A stretch of DNA of 63,588 nucleotides, counting the filler, from Octopus bimaculoides (taxonomy: Eukaryota): assembly GCF_001194135.2 (NCBI RefSeq). It is 5 parts of 3 records of this genome, joined end to end, with 100 filler letters (N's around TTAATTAATTAA, not from the genome) between each part and the next. Parts side by side here need not be neighbours in the genome. Positions count along the whole stretch, not along the records: positions 1 to 27,357 come from NC_068987.1; 4 more parts are not named here. One strand, given 5' to 3'. Under the pieces are notes generated by a model. That model made no database searches. It saw only the letters and a list, made by a program, of their open reading frames with translations, and was not told the origin of the DNA. Below are positions 1-12,470 of the stretch, one piece after another. A program made the translations under genes and the position numbers. Position 1 is the stretch's first letter, and every line of letters begins with the position of its first letter.

Positions 1-138
1 CTTTATCGTGCAGTTACTGTTAATACTTCATTTAGAGAATTAACATTGCTTGTTTTCACCTTTTCAATATCAGTGAAGAATGTCACTGGAAAAGAAGATA
101 TAAGATTTTGCCAGGTTTTTCTCTCTCACCAAGGTCAT

Positions 139-195
139 CAGCTGTCGAACGCCGAAGAAGGGAAATAACCCTGAAATCCGGATACGTTCGTGCTG
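139..195 (+). ncRNA. Minimal type I hammerhead ribozyme motif (Penelope/retrozyme type), core variant U4C
   Basis: Stem I CGAACG(146-151)/CGTTCG(185-190), extended by CAGC/GCTG. Core CCGAAGA (152-158). Stem II AGGG-aaataa-CCCT (159-172). GAAA (173-176). Palindromic stem III ATCCGGAT (176-183). AUA cleavage triplet ending at 184. Confidence 0.75.
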
Positions 196-2037
196 CTGGT
201 CGTGGTGAGAGGGATAACTCCCTTGGCAAACAGGACACAGTCGTGTGTCGATAAGCCAGCTGGAGGAGATGTCCTCCTGGGGCTAAAAGCAACAGTAACA
301 TCCACCCCTAGGGGTCAGCCACACTTAAGTGGCAATATACTACACTTTATATATATATATTTACATACATAATTTCACTATGAAAATATAGTGGGCGAGT
401 AAATCGCAAACTCTTCAGAAGCTTAGAGCGAAAAATTGAATGACAGAAGACTCACTAGAATCACATATTAACTTTTTCAAGAACCATGATTATGGATATT
501 ATATCCTACTATAATGTAAATAAAGTATTACAATAGAGTTGTTTTGAATAAAGTACATCATTCACATAAGTGTTATTAAATATCTGCACAGGTTCTAAAA
601 ATATGAAATCAGTGATTCTCTGGTACAAAAGTAACGGATAATAATACCTTCTGGGGTGGGGGGAAACATTAAGCGAAATATAACTGCCATAATAAGTGTA
701 GCACGGCTTTTACAGTGATGTTTTGCATAGGGATAATTATACAATTTTCATCGAAACAAAAATATACAGTTGCTTTTTGAATTAAATACTGCTTTTGAAC
801 CGTGCAACATTTAATTGAAGAGTTCTCAGAAAAAAAAAAATTGCTTAGAATTTACATAATAGGAAGAGAGATTTTACAAGAATTAAGTAGCTGAAAAGAC
901 GCTTTCCGATGAAAGAGTACATGCTGAATAAATAAGTCACTGATAGCTACTTCCTCTCATTCAAACTGTTGTGACTGTAAATACATCTAAAGTAAAGGAG
1001 TAACAATATATTTTCACAATGGAACAAGATACAAGCACACACACAGACAAACACACCCTCACGCACACATTTACATTTTAGGTATGTAAATGCTGCTGTT
1101 TGTGATTTTATGGGTGGTGAATGCCAGGAAGAGTATATTTCGAAGAGCTCATAGTTGTCTCGTTGATGTTGATCTCATCAATTTTCAGCAATGGGTTTGT
1201 ATGTATTTATCCATGTATGTATTCATGTACTTACGTATGTATTTTCAAAAGGTGTGCCGCTTCAAATGAAGAAAATAATCTTTCCCTTATCATCATCATA
1301 CTCATTATCGTAATCATCAATCAGCATTTTACTTAGCACGAATCAACTACTCAGATTTTATTGTGCTAAACTCACGCATTAACTGTATTTTGAGTAAATA
1401 ATATTAACCACCCACATAAAGTTTTGTATATCACTTCAACTCTTCTTTCAAAATGTATTGCCTTTGTGCACATAGCACACTATATTTTATCTAATTATAC
1501 TTACAAACATATTTACTATTTTCTGTTTGTTAGTGTCTAATACCATTGTCATAGTTTTCGCATTCTTAATCCTTCTTACCTAATGTTATACAGTGTTTAT
1601 ATTTTCGAAAGTCTTCAATTAAACTCATACCTCATAGAACAAAGGCTTAAAATATCTGATAGCACGTTTCATCTCCACACATTATTGTTGAGTTAAATGA
1701 TATTTCATTAATATTTTCCTGCTTTCTATTATTTCTGTTTACAGAAATAGAAAGCGAAACAAATATATTTTAGGTGCTGTACTTTAGACAATTTCTCTTA
1801 TCTTCCCTAATTGAGGGTTATGACAAGAACGACTAAATCGTGTGTGGAGTGGACATGCGCACATCTGCTATATTCGTTAATTTCTTGAGGATGAGATCAT
1901 AACACCGAAATATTGAATGGAAGGTAAGTCTACCTTAATTCATATATTTGTTTTCTTGTTATTTGCTTTGCTTTTACTTCGCATTGTCCTGCCCTTACCC
2001 ACGATCTTTTACGCAATATATATATATATATATATAT

Positions 2038-3283
2038 AGGAGGAGTGAAATCACTTTAAACCACTACAAATAGTCCACTTATGACTCAGTAATTAACTAC
2101 ATTCAGAATGAGTTCCATCGTTTCATAAGGTTGCTCCATACCGACAACATGGCCCACAGGATTGGAAGGTTTTTTCATTACCATTATGTAGCAACACAGA
2201 TTTGAGGCTAACCTGACTCGGGTCTATAAACAATCTCCATTCGTTAGCCATATGCACGTGTCCTAGTTTTGACGTGAGTGCATTAACGTCAGTACAGGAA
2301 CAAGCATTATTTTCTTGCTTGAAAAAGAGAGATAAGACTTCATGGCGAGAACGGAAAACGGAAATTTTCGTACCTTGCTCTAGGTGATTTCGTTGCTGTA
2401 GTCTGGATCCCAAAACTCCTGCCTTCTCTTTGACTAGGCTAGGTATCTTACTAAATCATTGAGATACTGATTTAAAAAAAAAATGCGTGGCTATTTTTCT
2501 TAGAATCAACTACGTACTCTTCATCGATAGAAGAATCAGAGGGTTCATCGTGCGACGTGTCAAGGTCTTCAAGTGAATCATTTGGGAGAGGAACTTGGGA
2601 CAGGGTTCTCGAAGTCATGTGGAACTGGTTTTAGAGCCGACTTACAATCTACATACACAATTTTTGCTTTGGTTTTCTTTTAGAAACCACTAATATTAGT
2701 CACGCAAAAGTAACAATCAAAGACATCGGTACAGCAAAAGGATTTCCTTTCCGTTTCAGTTCAGCCATTGAGTAAACCCAGTGCAGCATATATGAGGTGC
2801 CAACCTCTTATTTTGGTCCACAACTTTACACCTGAAGTAATATTTATAGACAGTTTTTAATTTGGTAGCAATGTTCTTCTTCTCATCACGTGGAGTAAAT
2901 TTTCTACAGACATGACAAAAGTTGTCTGGTTGATTCACACAGCCTCTCCTATTCATGATGTAACACAATGAAGACAGCTAAATCAGTAATCACGCAGGGC
3001 GAGAGATACACATACCACACGTGAAAGCAGCACAATCGACACAGATAGCTACCAAAAACAAACTCACGTATGCGACACTTGCACACAATACATCAGCGCC
3101 ATCTATCAAATTTGATAATACGGCCTATATCTAGTCGAAACTATAGTCATAATGTCGCGCATGCGCATAACTAAATGACTTGACGTGCTAGAACAGGTCT
3201 GAGGGCGGATTCTGAATCAACATACTCAGTTTAGTCTAATACACATGTGTTTACGTCAGTAGTAAAACCTCTGCTGTCCAGTG
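2038..3283 (-). mobile_element. Chapaev3-like (CMC superfamily) DNA transposon, 5' half, degenerate
   Basis: Minus-strand terminus CACTGGACAGCA at 3283. N-terminal Zn-finger-like CVNQPDNFCHVC...YFRCKVVDQNKRLAPHICC (2756-2968). EWRLFIDPSQVSLKSVLLHNGN (2123-2413). Frameshifted HKWTIC..L(K)VISLL, truncated at a (TA)n run. Superfamily assigned from recalled motifs. Confidence 0.75.
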
Positions 3284-3535
3284 AAATTGACTGTTAAGTA
3301 CTCTGTTTCCGAGCAGCAACGTATCTCTTAACATTCTCATAACTTTAAAAAGAAAAATTATAACTAAGGCTGTTATTTCTGTAATGTTTCGATTACCAGT
3401 ATACATCCTCTGTTTTCACTGCCATAGAAAATCGAACACAGTCATTTATATTCAGTACTGATGCTAGATATAACAGCGAAATAACCTACTTAACATAATT
3501 TATTCTTCGCTATCGAAGGCCATTATACAATATTA

Positions 3536-3715
3536 GCTAAGGCGACGAGCTGACAGAATCGTTATCACGCCGGACAAAATGCTTAGCGGCATCTCGTCTG
3601 CCTTCCATCATTTCGAGGTCGATAAAATAAGTAGCAGTTGAGCGCTCGGGTCAATGTCATCGATTTAACCTCTCTCCGCAATTAATGACTTTGTGCCAAT
3701 TTTTAAAATCAATAT
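3536..3715 (+). mobile_element. tRNA-derived SINE family A copy (internally deleted)
   Basis: GGCGACGAGCTGACAGAATCGTTATCACGCCGGACAAAATGCTTAGC head and GGTCGATAAAATAAGTA core are shared with many copies in the window. Confidence 0.75.
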
Positions 3716-4413
3716 TTCTTTATTAGCTATTATAATATGTCTCGCATAAAATGTAAGAAATGAGCGCTGTTCGACTGCATTTGATCACATTTTTCTTCCA
3801 TCTAAAATGTCAAGCAAAGAAACACCAACAACAAAATAATAATTACAAAGTCTTCCACCACCACTACGACAACCACAACAACAAAATGTGTACATGCTTA
3901 GAATTAATGCTGCGATTTTCCTTTAGTTGATTAATCTGCATAGAGTATGTATATAAACGTGTATATATTATCTGAATATCCAGCTTGTTGCAGATCCTTA
4001 ATTAATAGCCACACCACTAATCGGTCTTAGCTGTTATCTGTTCCTCCATTTTAAGAGTGTAGTGCAGTATTCAATTATAATGAAGTTGTTTATTTTATAT
4101 TCTTGAATAACATTTATTTTAGAATCAATAAACATGTTTTATTGCAGCTGTTCTGGTTGATAGTGTCGCAGTTATTATGCATATGATTTATTAAAAGTAA
4201 TGCTTTAAGAGAAGTATTAAATATGCTGCGTAGGATGCTTAACTGGTCTGATATTTTCAGAAAACTAATTAATGCATTATATGAAAGCATATCAATACTT
4301 AGAAAGAAAGAAATAACACACATACAGCCGGTTATACGCACATTATATCTGTATGTGTGAGTAAATGAATACACACACACACACAAACACAAACACACAC
4401 ATCAATCATCTAT

Positions 4414-4444
<31 letters not shown>

Positions 4445-4955
4445 ANNNNNNNNNNNNNNNNNNNNNNNNNNNNNNNNNNNNNNNNNNNNNNNNNNNNNNN
4501 NNNNNNNNNNNNNNNNNNNNNNNNNNNNNNNNNNNNNNNNNNNNNNNNNNNNNNNNNNNNNNNNNNNNNNNNNNNNNNNNNNNNNNNNNNNNNNNNNNNN
4601 NNNNNNNNNNNNNNNNNNNNNNNNNNNNNNNNNNNNNNNNNNNNNNNNNNNNNNNNNNNNNNNNNNNNNNNNNNNNNNNNNNNNNNNNNNNNNNNNNNNN
4701 NNNNNNNNNNNNNNNNNNNNNNNNNNNNNNNNNNNNNNNNNNNNNNNNNNNNNNNNNNNNNNNNNNNNNNNNNNNNNNNNNNNNNNNNNNNNNNNNNNNN
4801 NNNNNNNNNNNNNNNNNNNNNNNNNNNNNNNNNNNNNNNNNNNNNNNNNNNNNNNNNNNNNNNNNNNNNNNNNNNNNNNNNNNNNNNNNNNNNNNNNNNN
4901 NNNNNNNNNNNNNNNNNNNNNNNNNNNNNNNNNNTATATATATATACCGGACAGT

Positions 4956-4995
<40 letters not shown>

Positions 4996-5979
4996 GGACA
5001 GTTATATATATATATATATATAGATATATAGAGAGATAGATACACACACATACACTCACAAGCAGACGCAGACACGCACACAAATTCACACACACACACA
5101 CACGTATATTCACATTTTATATATATACACAGAAACACACCCCAGTATATAAATATAAAACGATGTACTAAAAATAAGAAAATATAGAAATCGAATACAT
5201 AAACATATTCTTAAATAAAATGAAATTATGTAAGATTAAAGTAGGAATGTGGTTTTTATTAAATTTAATTAAAACACTGGTCATCATCTAAAAATAAAAT
5301 GAAATAAAATGGAATACCAGATTTATAGATGGACTAAAGTAATTGGAATATAAGATGGGAAACTTTAATCAATTGTCAGAAGTAAAGATTTAGGAGGTTA
5401 AGAAAATTGGGAATGAGAAAAATATAATGATAGAAGAGAAGTATATATAATTAACTAGACTAGTATAACCGGGTGATTAAACTAGGATTGGGAAATATAT
5501 TGAATGAGACATTGCTGTAAAGAAGCCAATTAACGCTCAAAGTGTGAGTAAAAATACAATGTTTACAAATGATCATGTATATATGAACATAATATACACA
5601 CACACACAAAACGATTATATTGTATCCTGGTTTATAATAACAATGTTGGTGTTGTGAGACGAGCTGGGTTCAGATACGTCATTCACAAGAAATATAAAGA
5701 TGGATAAACATGTTTCTTCGTGCCTCCGCTTTCATACAAACTTATATATGCATGTTTGTAAATAAGTATATATGTCATTATTCAGTTTAATTTGAAGATG
5801 TCTTGCGATTACAGAAAGAGCCGGTTTCTATCAAAGATCAAAGGCTCCATTGGAATTTCAACATCGAGAACAGATTAGTTTGTATGTATGTACGCATATA
5901 TCTGTGCACATTTAAACGTTTTGTGTTATGTACGTATTCTCATACACATAGCTGTATTTCTAGGCTTGGTCATATATAT

Positions 5980-6160
5980 TTAAATGATAAACTTCAGGGA
6001 AGTTTTACAGGATTTTATAGCCTGAGTCATGGATTTGTTCTGTAGTTTACGAATCAGCTTTCTCCTTTCTGGTTTTGAGAAGCCTAATTTCTTAAGATTA
6101 GCATGTAGGCGTTGTGTTACATGTCCCAGTGCCCCGATAGTAGGGGGTATAAATCTGAAC
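5980..6160 (-). mobile_element. R4/Dong-like (RLE-type) non-LTR retrotransposon, C-terminal fragment
   Basis: FIPPTIGALGHVTQRLHANLKKLG...LIRKLQ...IKSCKTSLKF* resembles the IIGALG..LQK C-terminal motif of RLE LINEs. Confidence 0.6.
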
Positions 6161-6897
6161 GTATGTTTGTGTGTGTATATGTATATATATATATATATAT
6201 ATATGGAATACAAAAATGAGACAAGAACTCAAAACATCCAGACAGACGATATAAAATAAAAAGACGGATCATTCGGAGTTTTTATACTCAGTCGAATTCC
6301 AGATTATCTTTGCAATTTCGGCTGGTTATTCTCGAGATTGCTCTAATGTGGCCAGCCCCAAGGCAAAACTAAGCTAGGAGCATTAGATTCCTTGGAAGAA
6401 AGCAGCGAATGTATACGAAAACAAGGTCGGAAAACAGAGAAATGTTACACAAATATAAATGCAATTAACAGGACATAACATCAGGAGTCCTTCGACTAAT
6501 AACGAATTAAATTAAGCTGACGTGTGTGGAAGTAAGGCCTTACAGAGGGGACATATGATTTCACAGGCACGGGGAGGAGTATTTATTTGTATATATATTG
6601 TGAAGTTTATGAAATGGAAATATCAAAAAAGTTTTTCGACCACATGTTGCCAGATGGTTATTCAGTGGTATTAGGCGGACCTCTGGATTTTTAATCTGTT
6701 GCCAGATGCACACGCGAGCGTTCTGATAGTGCATTACCTGTCTCGCTAACGCACAATTCCTCATATTTTGGGCATTTGATGCAGTAGATTAGATTTCTAC
6801 TTCTGCAGTATATGTTCACGTTTGTGAACATTTTCCTTGCCTTTGTTAATAACCTTTTCAAGTAATTTATGTATGTATATACATGTGCATATACATA

Positions 6898-6930
<33 letters not shown>

Positions 6931-8529
6931 NNNNNNNNNNNNNNNNNNNNNNNNNNNNNNNNNNNNNNNNNNNNNNNNNNNNNNNNNNNNNNNNNNNNNN
7001 NNNNNNNNNNNNNNNNNNNNNNNNNNNNNNNNNNNNNNNNNNNNNNNNNNNNNNNNNNNNNNNNNNNNNNNNNNNNNNNNNNNNNNNNNNNNNNNNNNNN
7101 NNNNNNNNNNNNNNNNNNNNNNNNNNNNNNNNNNNNNNNNNNNNNNNNNNNNNNNNNNNNNNNNNNNNNNNNNNNNNNNNNNNNNNNNNNNNNNNNNNNN
7201 NNNNNNNNNNNNNNNNNNNNNNNNNNNNNNNNNNNNNNNNNNNNNNNNNNNNNNNNNNNNNNNNNNNNNNNNNNNNNNNNNNNNNNNNNNNNNNNNNNNN
7301 NNNNNNNNNNNNNNNNNNNNNNNNNNNNNNNNNNNNNNNNNNNNNNNNNNNNNNNNNNNNNNNNNNNNNNNNNNNNNNNNNNNNNNNNNNNNNNNNNNNN
7401 NNNNNNNNNNNNNNNNNNNNNNNNNNNNNNNNNNNNNNNNNNNNNNNNNNNNNNNNNNNNNNNNNNNNNNNNNNNNNNNNNNNNNNNNNNNNNNNNNNNN
7501 NNNNNNNNNNNNNNNNNNNNNNNNNNNNNNNNNNNNNNNNNNNNNNNNNNNNNNNNNNNNNNNNNNNNNNNNNNNNNNNNNNNNNNNNNNNNNNNNNNNN
7601 NNNNNNNNNNNNNNNNNNNNNNNNNNNNNNNNNNNNNNNNNNNNNNNNNNNNNNNNNNNNNNNNNNNNNNNNNNNNNNNNNNNNNNNNNNNNNNNNNNNN
7701 NNNNNNNNNNNNNNNNNNNNNNNNNNNNNNNNNNNNNNNNNNNNNNNNNNNNNNNNNNNNNNNNNNNNNNNNNNNNNNNNNNNNNNNGTAATTATCAGAA
7801 CCATATACAGGTTATCCTCTGGGGGTGAACAACTTGTGTAGGATTCTGAGAATTGTGATTCCATTACAATTCACGCCGAGGAGAAGCAGACATTCGGTAA
7901 GAGTGTTAATTTCGAAACCGGACCATGGATAATAATGTTTTATTTTATTTCTGTAATTTTCACTGTCTTGCCCGCATACGTTTTGGTATTTTGCTGAATT
8001 TCGTTTGAGAACCATTAGGTCTTACTAGAAACAGCATGTGGTCTATTTCTAGTACATTAAATGACCACTTTAGTGGTCATAGTTATATATATATATATAT
8101 ATATATATATCCTTCATTAACCGAAAATGTTAAACCTGCATTAATTAGAATGATAGAATGTAGTTTATATGTTGCGTAGGTAAGTTGAATTATTGGACAT
8201 CAAGCAGTCAGTAACTAAACGCAAAAGCATCCTTCATCTCCGTAGACGTTTCACTTTTTTACAGCGGTCTCCTTTCTCCCAAATGTTAAATATTCTTTCT
8301 TCCTCAAGTCATATCATTTCTTCAACTACTTTGTAACGCTACAAGTATTACTTCGTACACGCCCAGACTAATTTGTTGAGTTACTTCCTTCAGGAATAAT
8401 CTTCATAGACCATCAGGTTAGAATGCGAATAATTAGTGTGTAAATGCTACAATTATGCTATAGTTAAGTTATGCAATGTCTAATCATTAGGCAGTCTCAA
8501 ACTATTACTGTTTTTTTAAATTTTGCACA

Positions 8530-8770
8530 AGGCCAGCAGTTTCTGTGTCCAGTTAATTTGATTACATTGATCCAATTACTCACCTGGTATTTAATTCGTC
8601 GCCCTGGTACTAATTATATCGACTTCGATTGATAAAAGCGAAGTTCGACCTCATCGGAATTTGAACTCAAAATGTAAAGTATAAAAAGAATTAGTGGTAA
8701 TATAAAGACGGAAGAAATACCGCTATGAGTTTTACACGGCACGGCAACAATTCTTACCACTCACCGCTTT
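8530..8770 (-). mobile_element. SINE family A copy
   Basis: Reverse complement of family A motifs (TTCGACCTCATCGGAATTTGAACTC, CAACAATTCTTACCACTCACCGC). Confidence 0.7.
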
Positions 8771-8877
8771 TATGCACGCCATCATTAGCAGTATTTTTCA
8801 TTTGGCAAAACGTGGTGTTTTATTAGCACAAAGATGTGTCCATCTTACAGCACAACTTGCGGAAGACTGCTAATATA

Positions 8878-10098
8878 CAGGGTTTGGACAAAATAATTGA
8901 AACATCTTGCATCATAATTTTGTAATATCTATAAAACCATCAAAACCTTGTTTATTTTTATAGTTTTTGATTTATTGTCTGTGTTGCTTAATATATTTTG
9001 CTAAAATTGCTGTTTCTTTTCAGATATCATCAGAAAAAGGTAATTAAATTTCATTAAAATGACAGATCTCTTGGACTTCCAAAGCGGTCAAATTGTTGGT
9101 GCTCGTATGGCAGGCGCGAGCGTAGCGAAAACAGTCGAAATGTTTGGTGTATCAAGAAGTACTGTCTCGAAAGTAATGACACTCTTTGAGGTAGAGGGAA
9201 AAAAAACCTCCTCGTCGAAACAAAACTCCGAAAGAAAACCAAAATGTTCAACTGGGGACTGTCGGATTCTTACACGAATTGTTAGAAAGGATCACAAAAG
9301 TACAGCTCCCAAAATTACTGAAGAGCTTAATGACCACCTCAAGAACCCAGTTTCCACAAAAACTGTTCGCCGGGAGCTGCACAAAGCCGGATTTCACGGG
9401 AGGGATTCAGACAGAAAACCACTAATTTCAAAATCAAACGTTGCAAAGCGTTTAGAATGGAGTAAAAGCCTACATAATTGGTCCCTAGAGCAATGGAAGA
9501 ATGTTATTTTCTCGGACGTATAATCCTTTGCTTTATTTCCGACGACCGACCGAGTATACGTATCGAGACAGCCAAAAGAACCATTTGACCCAGACTGCCG
9601 CGTTCCAACTGTTACACATGGAGGAGGGACTGTGATGATCTGGGATCTATATCTTGGAAATCCGCCAACCCAATCGTTTGCCTTCATGGCAGAATTAATA
9701 GTCAAGACAATTTATGCATTTTATTTGATCAAATTCATCCTATGGTTGCAGAACTGCTTCTGAAGGGAAACGCAATCTTTCAAGATGATAATGCACTAAT
9801 TCACACAGCTAAAGTCGTTATCTGGCCACCACAGTCCCCAGATCTCAATATTATTGGACATTTATGGTGCATTTTAGAAAAACAAGTAAGTAGTCGATAT
9901 CATCCACCGTCATCAATACAAGACCTGGAGATTTTGTTAGTTGAAGAAAGGACAAAATTCCCTTTGGAAAAAATTCAAACTTTGTACGAGTTCATACCTC
10001 GTAAAATTCAAGTTCTAATTACTGCCAAAGGCGATCCTACTCCATATTAAAATAAATTTGAAATTCTAAGGTGTTTCCATTATTTTGTCCAACCCCTG
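8878..10098 (+). mobile_element. Tc1 (DD34E-type) DNA transposon, full extent, inactive
   Basis: TA|CAGGGTTTGGACAAAATAATTGAAACATCTT ... AAGGTGTTTCCATTATTTTGTCCAACCCCTG|TA: terminal inverted repeats (TIRs) with a TA target-site duplication (TSD); 1221 bp. Confidence 0.95.
9059..10050 (+). pseudogene. Tc1 transposase pseudogene
   Basis: HTH region (IVGARMAGASV..TVEMFGVSRSTVSKV), WKNVIFSD then stop at 9521-9523, IFQDDNALIH, WPPQSPDLNIIGHLW (catalytic E replaced by G). An internal deletion appears before IWPPQ. Confidence 0.9.
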
Positions 10099-10354
10099 TA
10101 CGTATCCACACCCGCCACACACAGATTTTATCATTTGCACATGTTTCAATCATTATATTCGGTCATAATGGGTTGCCATCTTTAAGAAGTTCAGCCGAAC
10201 GATTCGCCTCTAGTACTTATGTTTTTCTAAGCCTCTTTTTACTATCGGTCTCCTTTGGCGAGCCAACGATTTTATGGGGACGTAAACAATCCAACCGGTG
10301 TTGTCAAGAGCTTCTGAGGAACAAGTACAGAAACAAAGATACACACATGCACAG

Positions 10355-10394
<40 letters not shown>

Positions 10395-10439
10395 GTCAGT
10401 CTGTGTATGTCTGTCTGCCTCTCTCTCTCTCTGTCTCTC

Positions 10440-10516
<77 letters not shown>

Positions 10517-11140
10517 NNNNNNNNNNNNNNNNNNNNNNNNNNNNNNNNNNNNNNNNNNNNNNNNNNNNNNNNNNNNNNNNNNNNNNNNNNNNNNNNNNNN
10601 NNNNNNNNNNNNNNNNNNNNNNNNNNNNNNNNNNNNNNNNNNNNNNNNNNNNNNNNNNNNNNNNNNNNNNNNNNNNNNNNNNNNNNNNNNNNNNNNNNNN
10701 NNNNNNNNNNNNNNNNNNNNNNNNNNNNNNNNNNNNNNNNNNNNNNNNNNNNATGTGTGCGTGTGTGTGTGCATGTGTATTTGAAAGGTGTGTCAGTGGG
10801 AAGAGGAGGGAAGGGGAATATTCTGTTTACAGTTTACAGTTGGTCAGTTCTTGCTGTGACACGTTCATTCTTGGCCTTTAAAAAAAAAAAAGAAGAAGGA
10901 GGCAAAACCAGATGGTATTCTTTGGTATCATTGTCCAGTGGTAGAGAGAGTGCGTGTGTGTGTCTGTGTATGTGCGTGCGTGTGTGTCTGAAAGGAGTGT
11001 AAAAGGGAAGGAAGGAATTGTGATTATATCTATACAGCTGGTTAGTTCAAAAAAAGTTAGGAGAGAAATATGAGAACCTAGGTAACTGGGTTCAATTCTC
11101 TCTCTCTCTCTCTCTCTCTTTATATATATATATATATAAT

Positions 11141-11343
11141 AATTATCACCAAGCCAACATGGCAGTCCCAAATATAGGACAAATGCTGCCGTGGACTAGC
11201 CCCAAGAGGCCATCTCCTCTAGCTAGCTATGTGACACACGAATCTGTGTCCTTTAAGCTAGCTAGAGGCGATGGCCTCTTGGAGCTAATCCACGGCAGCA
11301 CTCGTCCTATATTTAGGACTGCCATGTTGGCTTGGCGATAATT
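11141..11343. repeat. Foldback inverted repeat, 88-bp arms, 27-nt spacer (MITE-like or structured RNA)
   Basis: 11141-11228 is the reverse complement of 11256-11343 with 7 mismatches. The spacer holds a mini hairpin GACACA-cgaatc-TGTGTC. Confidence 0.92.
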
Positions 11344-11420
11344 ATTAATATCCAGTACCGCTGCCGTAGTCTCCTTTAGAGAGACTTAGAAATATTAATA
11401 TCTCTATTATATATATATAC

Positions 11421-11657
11421 TCTTTTTCTTTCAGTCATTTGAATGCGGCCATGCAGGAGCACCACCTTTAGTCGAGCAAATCGACCCCAGGACTTATTCT
11501 GTGTAAGACTAGTACTTATTCTATGGGTCACTTTTGCCAAACCACTAACTTACGGAGACGTAAGCACCAGCATCGGTTGCCAAGGCATGTTCGGGGGACA
11601 AACGCAGACACACAAACACACAGACATTTATATACATATACATTTATGTATATATAN
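11421..11657 (-). mobile_element. SINE family B, 3' part (runs into gap)
   Basis: TTTCAGTCATTTGAATGCGGCCATGCAGGAGCACCACCTTTAGTCGAGCAAATCGACCCCAGGACTTATTC is the reverse complement of the family B tail seen at 60426-60820. Confidence 0.85.
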
Positions 11658-11855
11658 NNNNNNNNNNNNNNNNNNNNNNNNNNNNNNNNNNNNNNNNNNN
11701 NNNNNNNNNNNNNNNNNNNNNNNNNNNNNNNNNNNNNNNNNNNNNNNNNNNNNNNNNNNNNNNNNNNNNNNNNNNNNNNNNNNNNNNNNNNNNNNNNNNN
11801 NNNNNNNNNNNNNNNNNNNNNNNNNNNNNNNNNNNNNNNNNNNNNNNNNNNNNNN

Positions 11856-11901
<46 letters not shown>

Positions 11902-12470
11902 TGTGTGTGTGTGTGTATGTGTGTGTGTGTATGTGTGTGTGTGTGTGTGTGTGTATATATTCTGCGATGACTTGATAAGCGGTGTCGAGTTTTGCAATTC
12001 TGTAAATAATGATAATATTTTTTATAAGCTTAAGGCTTATTAAGTGTCCACCGTGTATTAACTAAAGAAAATAGTCTAATATCTAATATTGGAGCATATA
12101 AGCCCTCGACGGGAAAAATGGGTTTTCCGTACGCATGGGTATTGAACACACACCACCATGTTTTTGCGACAAATGATGATGATGATGATGATGATGATGA
12201 AGACCATGGTTTACGGTGGTACTAATAATAGCAGTGGGTGTCATGATGACTATGATATTGATGCTAGTATGGATGATGGCATTTATAATGTTGGTGAGCG
12301 TGGTGAGAGTGATGAATGTATTGATGTTAAGAACGGGAATTGCTGCCTCAAAATGTTAGAATATATTCAAATATGTTAGCGCGATCACACTTCCAAATTT
12401 CCACGCAAGAGGCGTCTCTATGTGTTTTACCTCTAGTTAAATCTCAATATTTTATCTGATATCTTTCACT

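Noticed and set aside
100-141. Minus-strand CTGATGA overlapping the + strand hammerhead
   Set aside because: No GAAA in register and no coherent stems II or III.
4365-7864. Long ORFs of 200-355 aa in the ORF track (also near 10071-11002, 19375-19783, 29607-30173, 62451-63347)
   Set aside because: They are open only because they run through N-gaps and (TA)n/(CA)n/(CAT)n microsatellites.
7842-7896. Possible 55-nt exon (tgtgtag|...ttcg|gtaaga)
   Set aside because: Poor polypyrimidine tract and no similarity to GRIP or any protein I recognise.
8061-8080. Small hairpin ATGACCAC-ttta-GTGGTCAT
   Set aside because: An 8-bp stem is expected by chance in 63 kb, and there is no context suggesting function.
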